Below the pieces are notes generated by a model. That model had not been told where the DNA came from. It ran no database searches and saw only the letters and a list, made by a program, of their open reading frames with translations. A stretch of DNA of 64,000 bases from a virus: the IMG/VR virus record IMGVR_UViG_3300027759_000050, positions 32,001 through 96,000 of that record; one strand, written 5' to 3'. Shown here piece after piece: positions 10,422 through 20,999 of this stretch. Made by a program: the position numbers and the translations under genes. Within the stretch, counting starts at the first letter, position 1, and each line of letters begins with the position of its first letter.

Positions 10422-13400
10422 TTATCCTATTAGAAGCCATTCGTTTGTTTCTGATGTTAATATATCGCCGTTCTCTGTTCCCAATTGTGCAAAATATTGT
10501 GTTCCCACTGGTCCAATGATTTGTACATTATCATATAGAGAAGTGAAACTTCTTCCTACGGAGACATATCCGTTTGCGCCACTTGTCAAAGGACCACTCA
10601 AAACAACTGAAGTAAATGGTGTATTGAATGCTGTTACTGTCTGAGCTACTCCATTAACTGTAATCTTATCTCCAACACGAATAATATCCAATATAGGGTA
10701 TGCGGTGTTACTGTAAGTACCATTATTGACAATATTATAACTCCATGTCAATGACTGTATATTTATTATCTGATTATTACCATTGGCCAAAGAAGATGAT
10801 ACAGCCACATTAGCAAAATACGTCCAAACATTATCTTCCAATGTTACTGTATTCGCGGCATTGTTTACCTTAACAACCATACTATGAACAACATCATTTA
10901 TACCTGTTCCATATGTAAAGACCAATTCTGTGGAGTTTGCAGTAATGAAATCGGAAACATTGGCACCATACATATTATTAAATTTAACAATGTTGTTACT
11001 TGGATTTGCTGCATTTCCTGCTGGAATTGTTACCGTTGCTGCAAGACCGGCATAATAACTTAATCTGTAACCAGTGTCTAAAGCATCAGATACTTCAAAA
11101 TCCATATTACTATTTGAGGCCATTGCAATACGGCCAAGAACTTTTGTTCCAGATGGATGCAATAGATTTAATAATACTTCACGATATTTTTCTATCTCTT
11201 TAGAGAGTGTAATTTGATATGTGTAGTTATTATAGTCAGTGCTTTGTAGTACATCGAACGCACTTGGTTGGCCTGTGGTATCTAAATATTGACCATCTCC
11301 TATAACTAGACCTGACAGGAAAGTTGCATTTGCTTTTGCGAATCCATCACCATATGAAATAATACCGTTAGCTGAATCAAATCTTGTATTTTCTACAGAA
11401 TTGTCAAAAGTTGTATTATGGATGTTTGTATAACCTCCGACCAATGTAACTGCGGCACCCTTTGAATCAATTTTTAATGGTAGATTTTTGTTTGGTATAG
11501 AATTGTAATTGTAAACTCTCAGTTGGTAAATACTGTTATTTGCAGGAACAAAATTCTCTAAGACATTAATCGAATCTACAAAAGCTGTATATGTTGCAGT
11601 ATTTGTATTTGCACCCTGATATATAACATCACCAGCTGAAGGAATCATTGATGAAAAAACATTAGATACAATTAAATCTTGTACTTTAAGTGATACTTTA
11701 GGTGCACCAACATAATCTTCACCGTTATCTATGATATTAAATGATGTGATTGAGCCGACACGATTCAATGCTTGTGAAAATGTTGCACCTGATCCTAAAA
11801 TACCAGGAATTAATAATGATGCTGTTCCTAGATAATACAAATTTGCATTTAGAGTATATGAAGAATTAGAAGTCAAAATCATTGAATTGGAATTTACAAC
11901 AGTCTTAACTGTTCCAATAATGATATTAGTATTAGAAACCAATAAAGCACCGTTGCTGAATTGTGATGTAAAGTTTGTTCCGTTTCCTGTAACCACATTG
12001 CTCGTGGTTGAAACTGTTACATTACCACTACCGGTGCGACCAACTACAATTGTGGGTAAATTAAAGTAACCCATTCCACCCAGTGTCATTCTGTTTGTTG
12101 AATTACTTACATAATCGACAGAAACAATTGAACCGGTACCGTTTACGGTCACATTTGCAAATGCACCATAACCTGAACCACCAATGAAAACAATTTTGTC
12201 GTTGTTAGAATAACCAGAACCTGGATTAATAATTTGGATTGGTGCAAGAATACCTAAATTTTGAAGCTTGGTCTGTGAATAAACATCAGTGGTATATTCT
12301 GAGATTGCTTGAATATCTGGCGGAGCAGAAAAACCACCACCTTGATTTTCAACAATAATAGAGGATAAAGGAAACGTAGAAAAACTAGCAAAACTGAGTG
12401 CATTTGCTAAAGTTGTATTTGCATTTGCACTGGATAGGTTTGCAAACTGATATACCTGTTGTGTCCATAGGCCAGTAGATGAGTTATATGTGTTTGCACC
12501 AGAACTGCCTGCAATATTGCCCAAATAGTGATACTGTTTTAACTGAATACTATCTGTGGGTATAAATGTTACATTTGCAATACCTACAGGATTTAAAGAA
12601 CCAACAACAGCAATAGGTGCTTGTGGATTTGTACCGACTAAATTTGAAAATTTAATAAATGTATTGGCGCCGCCTATTTGTGTATTAGCTATAGAAGTTG
12701 TATAACCATAACCTTCTGAAACAACACTAATACGTTGAATGGAACCTGAAGTAACTGAACCAACCTCAACTGTAGCTCCAGTAGGATTAGATACATTTGA
12801 ATTTAAACCACCATAAACAACAACTGGATCTTTTGCTTGATAAGCTAAACCTCTATTGTTTGGATCAATCTTAACTTGACTAATTTGACCAACAATTTGA
12901 GCTACTAATGTTTCTGATCCTGCTGTTCCAGCTGGTACAATTTCGCTGTTTAAAAAGTAAACAGGTTGATTTGCAGAATCTACAACTATTACATTTTCAC
13001 CAGATTGGAAAAGTCTTTCGATGTTTGAAATGAATACTTCGGTTTTAAGACCGTCATAAATTGCCGCTTCAACTGTTCCTATAGATTTTGAGGTTTGGCC
13101 AAACAATCTGAGATTTTGAATAGATAAGAAGTTTTTATTACTGGTCGCCAACTTCAAACTTCTAGGTACATACCATTTACCTGAAGAAGCTTTAAGAACT
13201 GCATCTTTTGTGTAGAAAAAATCTACATCAGAATTATAAAGTATTCTAAACAAAAATTTATAGGATGCAGGCGTACCTTTACTTTGATACAGTTGCTTTG
13301 CTATCTTGATTGCTTTTGTTTTGTCTGCCAATATTTCTTGTGGAAAATATGACATAAAATCATTCACATAATACTGTAAAAACTGTTCTGTGGTTGTATC

Positions 13401-13577
13401 CACATCCATGTAGTTAAGTAAATTCTTGGAAAAATCTAATGTGTTATTTTGTTGTTCCAACCACTCATAGTAAGCTTGTATGAATAGAACAAAATTGGCG
13501 TAATTTGGGTCCTCGCTAATGAATTTAGGAAGCTGAAAAGGGACCAGTAACGATGTTTTATTGGTACTTTGTAACAT
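10422..13577 (-). CDS. gp7: baseplate wedge initiator (gp7-like)
   Basis: QLPKFISED, FIQAYYEWLEQ, KQLYQSKGTPASYKFLFRILY, LQSTDYNNYTY, LLHPSG motifs; follows gp6. Confidence 0.8.
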   Translation of the reverse strand: MLQSTNKTSLLVPFQLPKFISEDPNYANFVLFIQAYYEWLEQQNNTLDFSKNLLNYMDVDTTTEQFLQYYVNDFMSYFPQEILADKTKAIKIAKQLYQSKGTPASYKFLFRILYNSDVDFFYTKDAVLKASSGKWYVPRSLKLATSNKNFLSIQNLRLFGQTSKSIGTVEAAIYDGLKTEVFISNIERLFQSGENVIVVDSANQPVYFLNSEIVPAGTAGSETLVAQIVGQISQVKIDPNNRGLAYQAKDPVVVYGGLNSNVSNPTGATVEVGSVTSGSIQRISVVSEGYGYTTSIANTQIGGANTFIKFSNLVGTNPQAPIAVVGSLNPVGIANVTFIPTDSIQLKQYHYLGNIAGSSGANTYNSSTGLWTQQVYQFANLSSANANTTLANALSFASFSTFPLSSIIVENQGGGFSAPPDIQAISEYTTDVYSQTKLQNLGILAPIQIINPGSGYSNNDKIVFIGGSGYGAFANVTVNGTGSIVSVDYVSNSTNRMTLGGMGYFNLPTIVVGRTGSGNVTVSTTSNVVTGNGTNFTSQFSNGALLVSNTNIIIGTVKTVVNSNSMILTSNSSYTLNANLYYLGTASLLIPGILGSGATFSQALNRVGSITSFNIIDNGEDYVGAPKVSLKVQDLIVSNVFSSMIPSAGDVIYQGANTNTATYTAFVDSINVLENFVPANNSIYQLRVYNYNSIPNKNLPLKIDSKGAAVTLVGGYTNIHNTTFDNSVENTRFDSANGIISYGDGFAKANATFLSGLVIGDGQYLDTTGQPSAFDVLQSTDYNNYTYQITLSKEIEKYREVLLNLLHPSGTKVLGRIAMASNSNMDFEVSDALDTGYRLSYYAGLAATVTIPAGNAANPSNNIVKFNNMYGANVSDFITANSTELVFTYGTGINDVVHSMVVKVNNAANTVTLEDNVWTYFANVAVSSSLANGNNQIINIQSLTWSYNIVNNGTYSNTAYPILDIIRVGDKITVNGVAQTVTAFNTPFTSVVLSGPLTSGANGYVSVGRSFTSLYDNVQIIGPVGTQYFAQLGTENGDILTSETNEWLLIG

Positions 13578-13581
13578 TTAA

Positions 13582-15657
13582 TTAACTTTTCTTAGCTGTA
13601 ACAGAAACACTTACCGCAGCTGGATCATAAGGATCGATTGTGATTATCCTATTTAACGAAGAAGAAATAATGGTGGTTGTTGGTTGCATTGAAATAGTCA
13701 GTTGACCTAAATCGTTTTCTACAGAAATAGGATTTAAATTTGCCAATGTTATTATTCCGTTTTCATAATCAATTGTGCCCACATCATTTGTAACTATAAT
13801 CTTACCCTTTACAGTATCGTTGTAATAACTTCTAACTGTACCATATTGACCTTGTAGTTTTAAAACAACAGAAGCACCTGTTCCTGTTGTGTCTCCAATC
13901 GCAGGAACAATTGTGGCTAATGCGGATGTGTAACCAACACCAGGATTCGTTACGGTGACTGAATACAACTTGTTATTCACTATCGTAGCTACAGCGACTG
14001 CACCTGTACCATCTCCATTAATTACAACAGTTGGTGTTGCGGTATAGTTGTAACCTGTGTTAATTACTGAAATTGAATCAACACCAACGGTTGAAACTGG
14101 AACTTCCTCAAAGTAAACACCAGACAATGTTGTTTCTATGTTATTTGGATTTACAATTGTTATTCCTGGATAACTAGTCAGAGAACTACCAAAAACACCT
14201 CGCTTTAATGGACTATTATAATATAGATTATAAGTTGTTGGAATACCAAGAGATGGATAAAATTTCTTTTGGACATTTATGGTAAAATCAGAAGAAATAA
14301 CCGATTTATCATATGAATTGATTGTGTTTAGAACATCATATGAACTGAAACTTGAATTAAAAGTGTTCAAATTTGTTGAAGAATAACCATAAATTGCCAT
14401 TTGTAATCCAGTTTTCAGTGAACTGGAATTCAACGTAGTTTGTGTTGCGTTATAAAGTACGTTTGCTAAAATCTGAATGTATGTATAATCAGGATCAACT
14501 ATAGTGGGTTCAACCGTCATCATACTAATTGGTTTAATTACTTGAGACAACAGTATCGATTTTTGTGTTTGCGTTAAATCATATGCACCAGTTGGTTTCA
14601 ATGAAATAAACACTTGGCCATAAACGGGTGGAACATTTTCCTCACCACCCCAAACAGATACTGCATCAAAGGTGATGCCTAAATTATTTTGTTGGAGAGC
14701 TGTGATATAATCATTTTTACTTACTGCACGGCCTTGTGATGCAAAAGCTTTTGGTGCCTGAAATTTGATAGAAGAAATTGATTCTCTGTTTCTACCTTGG
14801 GTGGCTGCATCTCTCGGGTTTATGACCAAACTGGAATAAGAACCAATGTTATCCATTAAAACAAAATTGTTTGCCAATCCACCCAATGTTCCACTGGTTG
14901 AAAGATAAGTCACACCTACAATGTTTCCGTCGGATAGTTGTTTACCTAAAACACCATCACCAAAGTAAATTTGGTAATTGCCATTTACCGCCTCTTGAAC
15001 AAAATAGACTTTATCTGTTGGTCCTAATTCCAAATAACTTGTCTCAACACTATAAACTTCATAATAACTATTTGAAGATGATTCTTGTACTGTAACACTC
15101 ATAGTTGAAATATCAATATTGGTGTCTGGTATTTCAAAGATATATTCTGAATTGGTTGTTGAATTAACAGTAAAGCTATAACTTCCAATTCTACCTTGTT
15201 TTAATTCAACTGCTGTAAAATTTGCAACATTTGCAGAAACATTAACAGTGGTATCTGTCGTAGTCACATAGTTGTAGTTTGCGTTATTGATGGGTTCAGA
15301 TAGAAAATTTGTGTATTTTGGAACAGTAAAAGTGGATGTAGTAACTCCGTTGAAAGTCATATCAATTGTTGCAACTGGACCAATTGCTGATTTTGGAACA
15401 TAGTTCATCAGTTTTGCATGAGACACAACGGAAGAACGCTGTAATGCTGAATCCAAAAACATTTCATTTGCAACCATGTTCAAATAGAAAGCATTGTATT
15501 GTGTATTGTATGCAAGAACATCCAACAAGACTGACAGGGCTGAACCAGTGAAGTTGTAATCTTTAAACGTATCTTGAGACTGCAAATAGGTAATGAAATT
15601 TTGCTTAATGTCCGCAAAATCTAGATTAGCTACTTGTATATTTGTATTTGATGCCAT
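13582..15657 (-). CDS. gp6: baseplate wedge subunit
   Basis: LDFADIKQN, DYNFTGSALSVLLDVLAYNT, EMFLDSA, IYFGDGVLGK, QGRAVSKNDY, VWGGEEN are classic gp6 motifs. Confidence 0.93.
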   Translation of the reverse strand: MASNTNIQVANLDFADIKQNFITYLQSQDTFKDYNFTGSALSVLLDVLAYNTQYNAFYLNMVANEMFLDSALQRSSVVSHAKLMNYVPKSAIGPVATIDMTFNGVTTSTFTVPKYTNFLSEPINNANYNYVTTTDTTVNVSANVANFTAVELKQGRIGSYSFTVNSTTNSEYIFEIPDTNIDISTMSVTVQESSSNSYYEVYSVETSYLELGPTDKVYFVQEAVNGNYQIYFGDGVLGKQLSDGNIVGVTYLSTSGTLGGLANNFVLMDNIGSYSSLVINPRDAATQGRNRESISSIKFQAPKAFASQGRAVSKNDYITALQQNNLGITFDAVSVWGGEENVPPVYGQVFISLKPTGAYDLTQTQKSILLSQVIKPISMMTVEPTIVDPDYTYIQILANVLYNATQTTLNSSSLKTGLQMAIYGYSSTNLNTFNSSFSSYDVLNTINSYDKSVISSDFTINVQKKFYPSLGIPTTYNLYYNSPLKRGVFGSSLTSYPGITIVNPNNIETTLSGVYFEEVPVSTVGVDSISVINTGYNYTATPTVVINGDGTGAVAVATIVNNKLYSVTVTNPGVGYTSALATIVPAIGDTTGTGASVVLKLQGQYGTVRSYYNDTVKGKIIVTNDVGTIDYENGIITLANLNPISVENDLGQLTISMQPTTTIISSSLNRIITIDPYDPAAVSVSVTAKKS

Positions 15658-16049
15658 TATCTGGACCTTTGAAGAATTAGGTTAACTGCTGTTGGTACTG
15701 TATTATTGCCAATGAAGAAACTCAAATAAACTGAAAATGAATTTTTATCGGGATTAAGAGTTACTTGTAAACTATCAATAGAAACTCTAGGTTCATAATT
15801 GTTGATAACATTCCTTATCTCGGATTCTAAAATGTTCGCAGTCAAGCTTGTTGCGGGTTCAAACAATAACTTATCCAAATTTGAACCAACATCAGGTTGA
15901 AAAGGTCTTTCATAGAAATTAGTTAATAAAAGACTTCTAACAGAAGCAATCACCGAATTCTCGTCATATCTCATAGCAACGTCATTGGTACCAGGCACTC
16001 TTTTGAATGTCAGGTCTAAGTCTGAATATATTTTTTTTAGTGTTGCCAT
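15657..16049 (-). CDS. gp25: baseplate wedge subunit
   Basis: YSDLDLTF, LLLTNFYERPFQPDVGS, INNYEPRV. Confidence 0.92.
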   Translation of the reverse strand: MATLKKIYSDLDLTFKRVPGTNDVAMRYDENSVIASVRSLLLTNFYERPFQPDVGSNLDKLLFEPATSLTANILESEIRNVINNYEPRVSIDSLQVTLNPDKNSFSVYLSFFIGNNTVPTAVNLILQRSR

Positions 16050-16068
16050 CTTCTATTTATTACTCTTA

Positions 16069-16911
16069 TTAAGAGATATTTGCGGTTTGTGTCTGAGATA
16101 GTATTCGAGTTTTCAATTTATTTGTTCCGATATAGTTATTTACCAAAAGTGTTTCAGTCGCACCCATATCACCTAATGGGGAAACTGTAGAATAATCTGC
16201 CATGACATTCTTTGTATTTGTAAAGAATGCATTATCTTGTGCAGGATAAGTTGTCATTAGTGTGTTGATTGAACTTACAGTGCTTTGTAACGCTTGGGTT
16301 TGAGCCAGTGTAAAATCTGATGTATTTGGTGAACCCATTGTAATGCTAGCGGATAATGCAATTTGTTGTGAGGATAATGAATTACTAAGTGTATTTAATG
16401 TATTACCTAAGGTTATACTAGTAAAGTTGCCCATGATTGGTGAGTTATTTTGTACATTGTCTGACTGGTAAGTGATATAGGACATTATTTTACCATATCC
16501 TATCGCCATCTTATAGTGTACTGTCGTAACATCTGTACCAGGATCAACTACATTTGATTCTCGGTTAGTAACATACAGGTAATTTGAAGCTGTTGATACA
16601 GCTGCAGCGGCTGTATTACCCAAATCATGGAGGGCCTGTGTCACAGTTGAAGAAATCGTGGACTGCACATTGACACCAATTGTTGCAGCGTTTATAGAAT
16701 TCATTGTGGATGATATTGTTGCCGTTACACCCGCAACTGGATTAACAAAATAACTACCAACATTTGATGTGGATATATCTTCGGTTTGCCAGGCGTTCAA
16801 CAACGGCGGCATTAATGCCATGTTATTTGCAACAGAACTACTGTAATTACTGACTGTTGCGTTAGTTGTTGGATCTGATGAATTAAACCCTAATCTTCCA
16901 TAAATACTCAT
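16069..16911 (-). CDS. hypothetical virion protein
   Basis: 280-aa S/T/N-rich ORF within the baseplate operon, SD GGA upstream. Confidence 0.7.
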   Translation of the reverse strand: MSIYGRLGFNSSDPTTNATVSNYSSSVANNMALMPPLLNAWQTEDISTSNVGSYFVNPVAGVTATISSTMNSINAATIGVNVQSTISSTVTQALHDLGNTAAAAVSTASNYLYVTNRESNVVDPGTDVTTVHYKMAIGYGKIMSYITYQSDNVQNNSPIMGNFTSITLGNTLNTLSNSLSSQQIALSASITMGSPNTSDFTLAQTQALQSTVSSINTLMTTYPAQDNAFFTNTKNVMADYSTVSPLGDMGATETLLVNNYIGTNKLKTRILSQTQTANIS

Positions 16912-16920
16912 AATATATCC

Positions 16921-17751
16921 TTAAGCTGTAGTTTCAGAGGTTGTTGGTGGACTTGTTGGTCCATAAGGTGCAATATGTATCTGCATATTTCTTATGATAC
17001 CATTTACAATATCTTTAGATAAGAATGCTGTTGATATACCTGAAGTTATCAGTGGTGCAGACATTGAAACCTTTGAATTGATTGGGCCAGTACAGTTAAT
17101 CTCTAATGGAATAGGCGCCTCTAATGGGCCAACAGATACACCACCAAACTCGGTTGTAAAACCACCAGATGTGGCTGACATACCAGTGAGGCAATCTACA
17201 CGACCTTTAGAAAAAATCTTCTCGGCAGTAATCTCTCCTCGGACCTTTAAATCACCACGAACACTTACATATTCACCTGGAGTAATGAATAAACCTCCAG
17301 ATAATGCACCGCCCGCTTTAATGTCCATGTCACCCTGTGAAACGAAACTAGTCAATCCTTCAACTACTGTGGTATAATTCCCCTTGACATGCAGTTCATA
17401 ATTACCATCAACTTGTTCAACCACGTTTCCTAGTGTGTATAAGTTTGCATTACCTAGAACGGTAATGTTCATATTTCCATTAATCAGTATGTTTTTATCT
17501 TTGATAGTTATTTCATATCCGTCACCGTAAACCTTATGCACCTCATCACCATTAGGATGCATTTCTATGAATGTCTTTGAACGGTGTTGCAACCTGATGC
17601 GTTCCCTTGTTGGAGTGTCATCCAATTCAAAAGCGTGACCACTGGGTGTCTGGGTTGAATTGTTGAATGGAAAAATTGGTTGGTAATCTGTATTTGCCGC
17701 AGATTCAGGTTCTGTCCATCCTGCGAAGAAACTTGGTTTTTGTTCAGGCAT
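16921..17751 (-). CDS. gp5: gp5 C-terminal part (spike beta-helix region); start revised to ATG 17751
   Basis: TPSGHAFELDDTPTRERIRLQHRSKTFIEMHPNG motif followed by V.GN-type beta-helix repeats; no lysozyme domain seen. Confidence 0.8.
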   Translation of the reverse strand: MPEQKPSFFAGWTEPESAANTDYQPIFPFNNSTQTPSGHAFELDDTPTRERIRLQHRSKTFIEMHPNGDEVHKVYGDGYEITIKDKNILINGNMNITVLGNANLYTLGNVVEQVDGNYELHVKGNYTTVVEGLTSFVSQGDMDIKAGGALSGGLFITPGEYVSVRGDLKVRGEITAEKIFSKGRVDCLTGMSATSGGFTTEFGGVSVGPLEAPIPLEINCTGPINSKVSMSAPLITSGISTAFLSKDIVNGIIRNMQIHIAPYGPTSPPTTSETTA

Positions 17752-17764
17752 TATAAATTTTCCA

Positions 17765-18610
17765 TTAAGGTTTACTTGAGTTACTGAACTTGGAACCAAA
17801 GTAATCAGCTGCAGCAGCCTTACCTGATTCTATTCCAGAATTAATTGATGCACTTAGTCCATCTATTTTAGCGTTCAATGGATCAGTCACATATGATGTT
17901 ACTGTGGTCGGTTGTGGTGCTTCATCTTCATTCACTAATCCCAGTGTAAGAAGGTTTTGTGTTTGACTTAAACTTGTTGAGAATTGTGTACCAACCGAAG
18001 CAATTGCTGAATTGAAATTCAATACACAATCTTCTAGTATTTTTCTAACTCTATCCGGTAGAGATTTAATCCAATCTGTAATTTGTTGTATTTCTTGTAT
18101 TAAATAATAAACCATCGCAACATCAGCTATAACTTGAGCTACAATTTTTAATTTTTCGTTAATCTCTCTCACCTTCTCTTTAAGAAAAGAAAAATTAGCC
18201 GAAATGAGACCTGTTACGTCAGCGTTAAGAGCACCTAAAATTGCGTCGATTGCAAGCCTAAACAACTCATTTAGTTTTGTTATTGCTGTGCGAATTGCCG
18301 CTGACGCAGCATTTTTACCATTCTTGATTGCTCCAGTTAAAATTCCTAAATTTGGAATTAAAGCGGACAAAGATAGGTTTGTACTTAATCTAAATTTAAA
18401 ATCACAAACGTGAGCAACTTGACTGTTGGTAATATAAACACCTGTGTTTATTAAAGCACCTCTAGCAATACCGGGAGTAGTTTGAACACCACCAACAGAA
18501 AAAGAACCAGTCCAAGACCACTTTGGTGAATCTTTTTCTATGATTTTTCCGTTTATTACTTCAGTTTGAGCTGTATTAGTAAAACTTTGTGAGAGATTAA
18601 GAAGTGCCAT
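17765..18610 (-). CDS. hypothetical helical protein between the two gp5 parts
   Basis: 281-aa ORF with an amphipathic helical middle; SD GGGA; flanked by the gp5 N and C parts. Confidence 0.7.
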   Translation of the reverse strand: MALLNLSQSFTNTAQTEVINGKIIEKDSPKWSWTGSFSVGGVQTTPGIARGALINTGVYITNSQVAHVCDFKFRLSTNLSLSALIPNLGILTGAIKNGKNAASAAIRTAITKLNELFRLAIDAILGALNADVTGLISANFSFLKEKVREINEKLKIVAQVIADVAMVYYLIQEIQQITDWIKSLPDRVRKILEDCVLNFNSAIASVGTQFSTSLSQTQNLLTLGLVNEDEAPQPTTVTSYVTDPLNAKIDGLSASINSGIESGKAAAADYFGSKFSNSSKP

Positions 18611-18620
18611 ATTTTCCCTA

Positions 18621-18950
18621 TTATACAGAGTAACCAGCTTGAGGAACAGGTGCTATTCCAGGTAAGACACCCATCATAACAGGATACTGGCCACTTTCAC
18701 CATCCATAAAGAAACCAACAACCCAGTCATTGAGTTCAGGTGTATAGTAAGTTTTAGAGTTATTTATTGATAACATTGGTGTTGCCCAAGGTAGGTGGTC
18801 ATCAGGTATTAAAGTAACGTCATCGGTGTGCCAACCAAATATTCTGACCTTACAACGGCCAACACCCAATGGGTCCGCTCGGTCTCTTATTACACCAACC
18901 CACCAAATGAATCCATTCAAACCTGCAAAATTACTGGTAACCTTAGACAT
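18621..18950 (-). CDS. gp5: gp5 N-terminal OB-fold as a stand-alone protein
   Basis: FIWWVGVIRDRADPLGVGRCKVRIFGWH, LPWA, WVVGFFMDGESGQYPVMMG; TAA stop after 109 aa. Confidence 0.85.
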   Translation of the reverse strand: MSKVTSNFAGLNGFIWWVGVIRDRADPLGVGRCKVRIFGWHTDDVTLIPDDHLPWATPMLSINNSKTYYTPELNDWVVGFFMDGESGQYPVMMGVLPGIAPVPQAGYSV

Positions 18951-20338
18951 TACATATTTCCTTTAACTGCATTAGTCCAACCCGGAGAACTATTTTTAAC
19001 TGACGCATATGGTTCAGTTGTACTTTCTTTACACAATTCCAAAACTGTTCTGTATTGAAACGGTGTCAATAGGTGCCTAACCGCAGTCACCAAATAGTTA
19101 CCTGAATAAAACTTATCGGTTGCTTTTAATTGCGGGTCTGGATTTTTTGAGGTCAGATTGAAATTAATAACAACACCCGCCGTCAATGCTGGATCACCTG
19201 GAACAGAAATCTTCACTCTTGTATAGTTAGCCAAAGGTATTTGTGCTGTTCTATTCGGTATGTAGGTCTCTGCAAAAATATCATGTGCAACAGAACCTGG
19301 ATTAGATTTAACTAATGATGAGTCATTTTGGTTTGAATTAGAAAAAACCAATTTGAATGATGCTTCAGGTGTTTCGTATAGTTTATCACCAAAACGATTC
19401 TGATAGTTGTTTATGATTGGCCAAGTGTTTAGGTGCGTAGCCTTTCCTGCATACTCATTATAACTGAAATCTGTTTTCTGATACCTTCTCAAAAGAACAT
19501 CAAGTGATAATACACGGTTTGCAAAAACACCTTGATTGATTGCACCCAAGGTATCAAAAGAATCCATTATTTCATATGATAGTGCATTAGATAGGTTATA
19601 AGCCATATCTGTTACATTCAAATTCTTTGGATTGTAAAAGTATTGTCTCATTGGACTTTGAGAATACAAAGACTGCAATGACCTAAAGTTGTAACCAAAT
19701 TTATCTTCATAGAATACCATATCAGCACCAATCATACTCCAAGAACCAAAGTTGTTTTCACCTGGTCTTGCGTATGTTGATAACCAATTGATTGCATCGA
19801 AAGGTTTTAGATATGGAACAATGAAGTCATAGATGCCATATGTCTGGTCAATCTTTGAGATTTTCTTTTCAGGAACTTGAAGGTGTGTTTTCAGTATGTC
19901 TTTTATATTCGATGTTATGTCTGAACCTTTGTAGGATTTACTGATTTTGTATTGTTCCGATAAAAGCAATTCTTCCGAACAAAAGTAGATTGAGTAGGTT
20001 TCTGTACTACCTTCATTCTTAGGTTCTCGCCTTGTTATGTTGAATACACGGAAGGTTTTGTCTACAATGTTTGTGGTCGTGTCACCTTTACCAAATGATA
20101 TACGGATAAACTCGTTACCATTAAGGTGAAGATTATTGATGAAACCCATAGAATCAACAACCATCAAATAGCCAGATGCAGTATTGTTGAAAACATCTTC
20201 ATTATATGATAGTTCAACGAGAATGGAACTTACATCCATGTTGGTGATGGATGTAAATAGTGTTAGGTGTATTAATGTAAAATCATTCGGATATCTTATA
20301 CCCGGAACGCTAGGTTCAATGCTCCATGTATCTGCCAT
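18950..20338 (-). CDS. baseplate hub protein (gp27-like)
   Basis: KPFDAINWL, FYEDKFGYNFRSL, VPGDPALTAG, YSGNYLVTAVRH; located between gp53 and gp5. Confidence 0.75.
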   Translation of the reverse strand: MADTWSIEPSVPGIRYPNDFTLIHLTLFTSITNMDVSSILVELSYNEDVFNNTASGYLMVVDSMGFINNLHLNGNEFIRISFGKGDTTTNIVDKTFRVFNITRREPKNEGSTETYSIYFCSEELLLSEQYKISKSYKGSDITSNIKDILKTHLQVPEKKISKIDQTYGIYDFIVPYLKPFDAINWLSTYARPGENNFGSWSMIGADMVFYEDKFGYNFRSLQSLYSQSPMRQYFYNPKNLNVTDMAYNLSNALSYEIMDSFDTLGAINQGVFANRVLSLDVLLRRYQKTDFSYNEYAGKATHLNTWPIINNYQNRFGDKLYETPEASFKLVFSNSNQNDSSLVKSNPGSVAHDIFAETYIPNRTAQIPLANYTRVKISVPGDPALTAGVVINFNLTSKNPDPQLKATDKFYSGNYLVTAVRHLLTPFQYRTVLELCKESTTEPYASVKNSSPGWTNAVKGNM

Positions 20339-20339
20339 A

Positions 20340-20999
20340 TTATAGATTCATTAATGAGTAGAATTGTGATTCAAAACTGGAAACATAAGATGAGTTTACC
20401 AAATTGATTGACCTACGGGTTTCATTCAATTCAACTTCATATTCATAGATGGTCTGTGTGTATTTTGTAATAATCTCAGTAACTTGAGCACCTGTTGTAA
20501 AATTTCTAACTTCTTCTGATTCGATGATGTTGTTATAAGAATCTAAATCCAAATAGTAATCTGTTGTTTTAGATTCTAACGAAGTGCTGTCTATTGTTGT
20601 TACATTCTTTATATAATTTTTTATTGTACTTTGCGTGTATACTATGACCTGTGTATCTGTTATTGTGTTTACGGGAATGGCCAGTGCGGCCGCAGCCTCA
20701 CTTTTGTATTTTTCCACAATATAGTTTGTTAACAGGCTTGAATTCATTGGCCAATTCCATTGCGGATCAATTAATTGGTTTGCAAACAATACAATCCAAT
20801 AACGATACGGATCACCATAGTATTTGGATGCAATTATCTCTGGTGTATCACCATCTCTTATATCATAAGAATAGAATAATAATGGATTGTTTAGTAGACT
20901 TGGTATAATTTCAGCCCTAACCATAAGATTGGTTAGAACTATGGCATTACCACTGTAATCTATTGTTGCAATTTTAGGTAAAGTATTAAAATAGTTCAT
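20340..20999 (-). CDS. gp53: baseplate wedge subunit with LysM-like motif
   Basis: YFNTLPKI, YDIRDGDTPEIIASKYYGDPYRYWIVLFAN, WPM, YEYEVELNE. Confidence 0.9.
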   Translation of the reverse strand: MNYFNTLPKIATIDYSGNAIVLTNLMVRAEIIPSLLNNPLLFYSYDIRDGDTPEIIASKYYGDPYRYWIVLFANQLIDPQWNWPMNSSLLTNYIVEKYKSEAAAALAIPVNTITDTQVIVYTQSTIKNYIKNVTTIDSTSLESKTTDYYLDLDSYNNIIESEEVRNFTTGAQVTEIITKYTQTIYEYEVELNETRRSINLVNSSYVSSFESQFYSLMNL

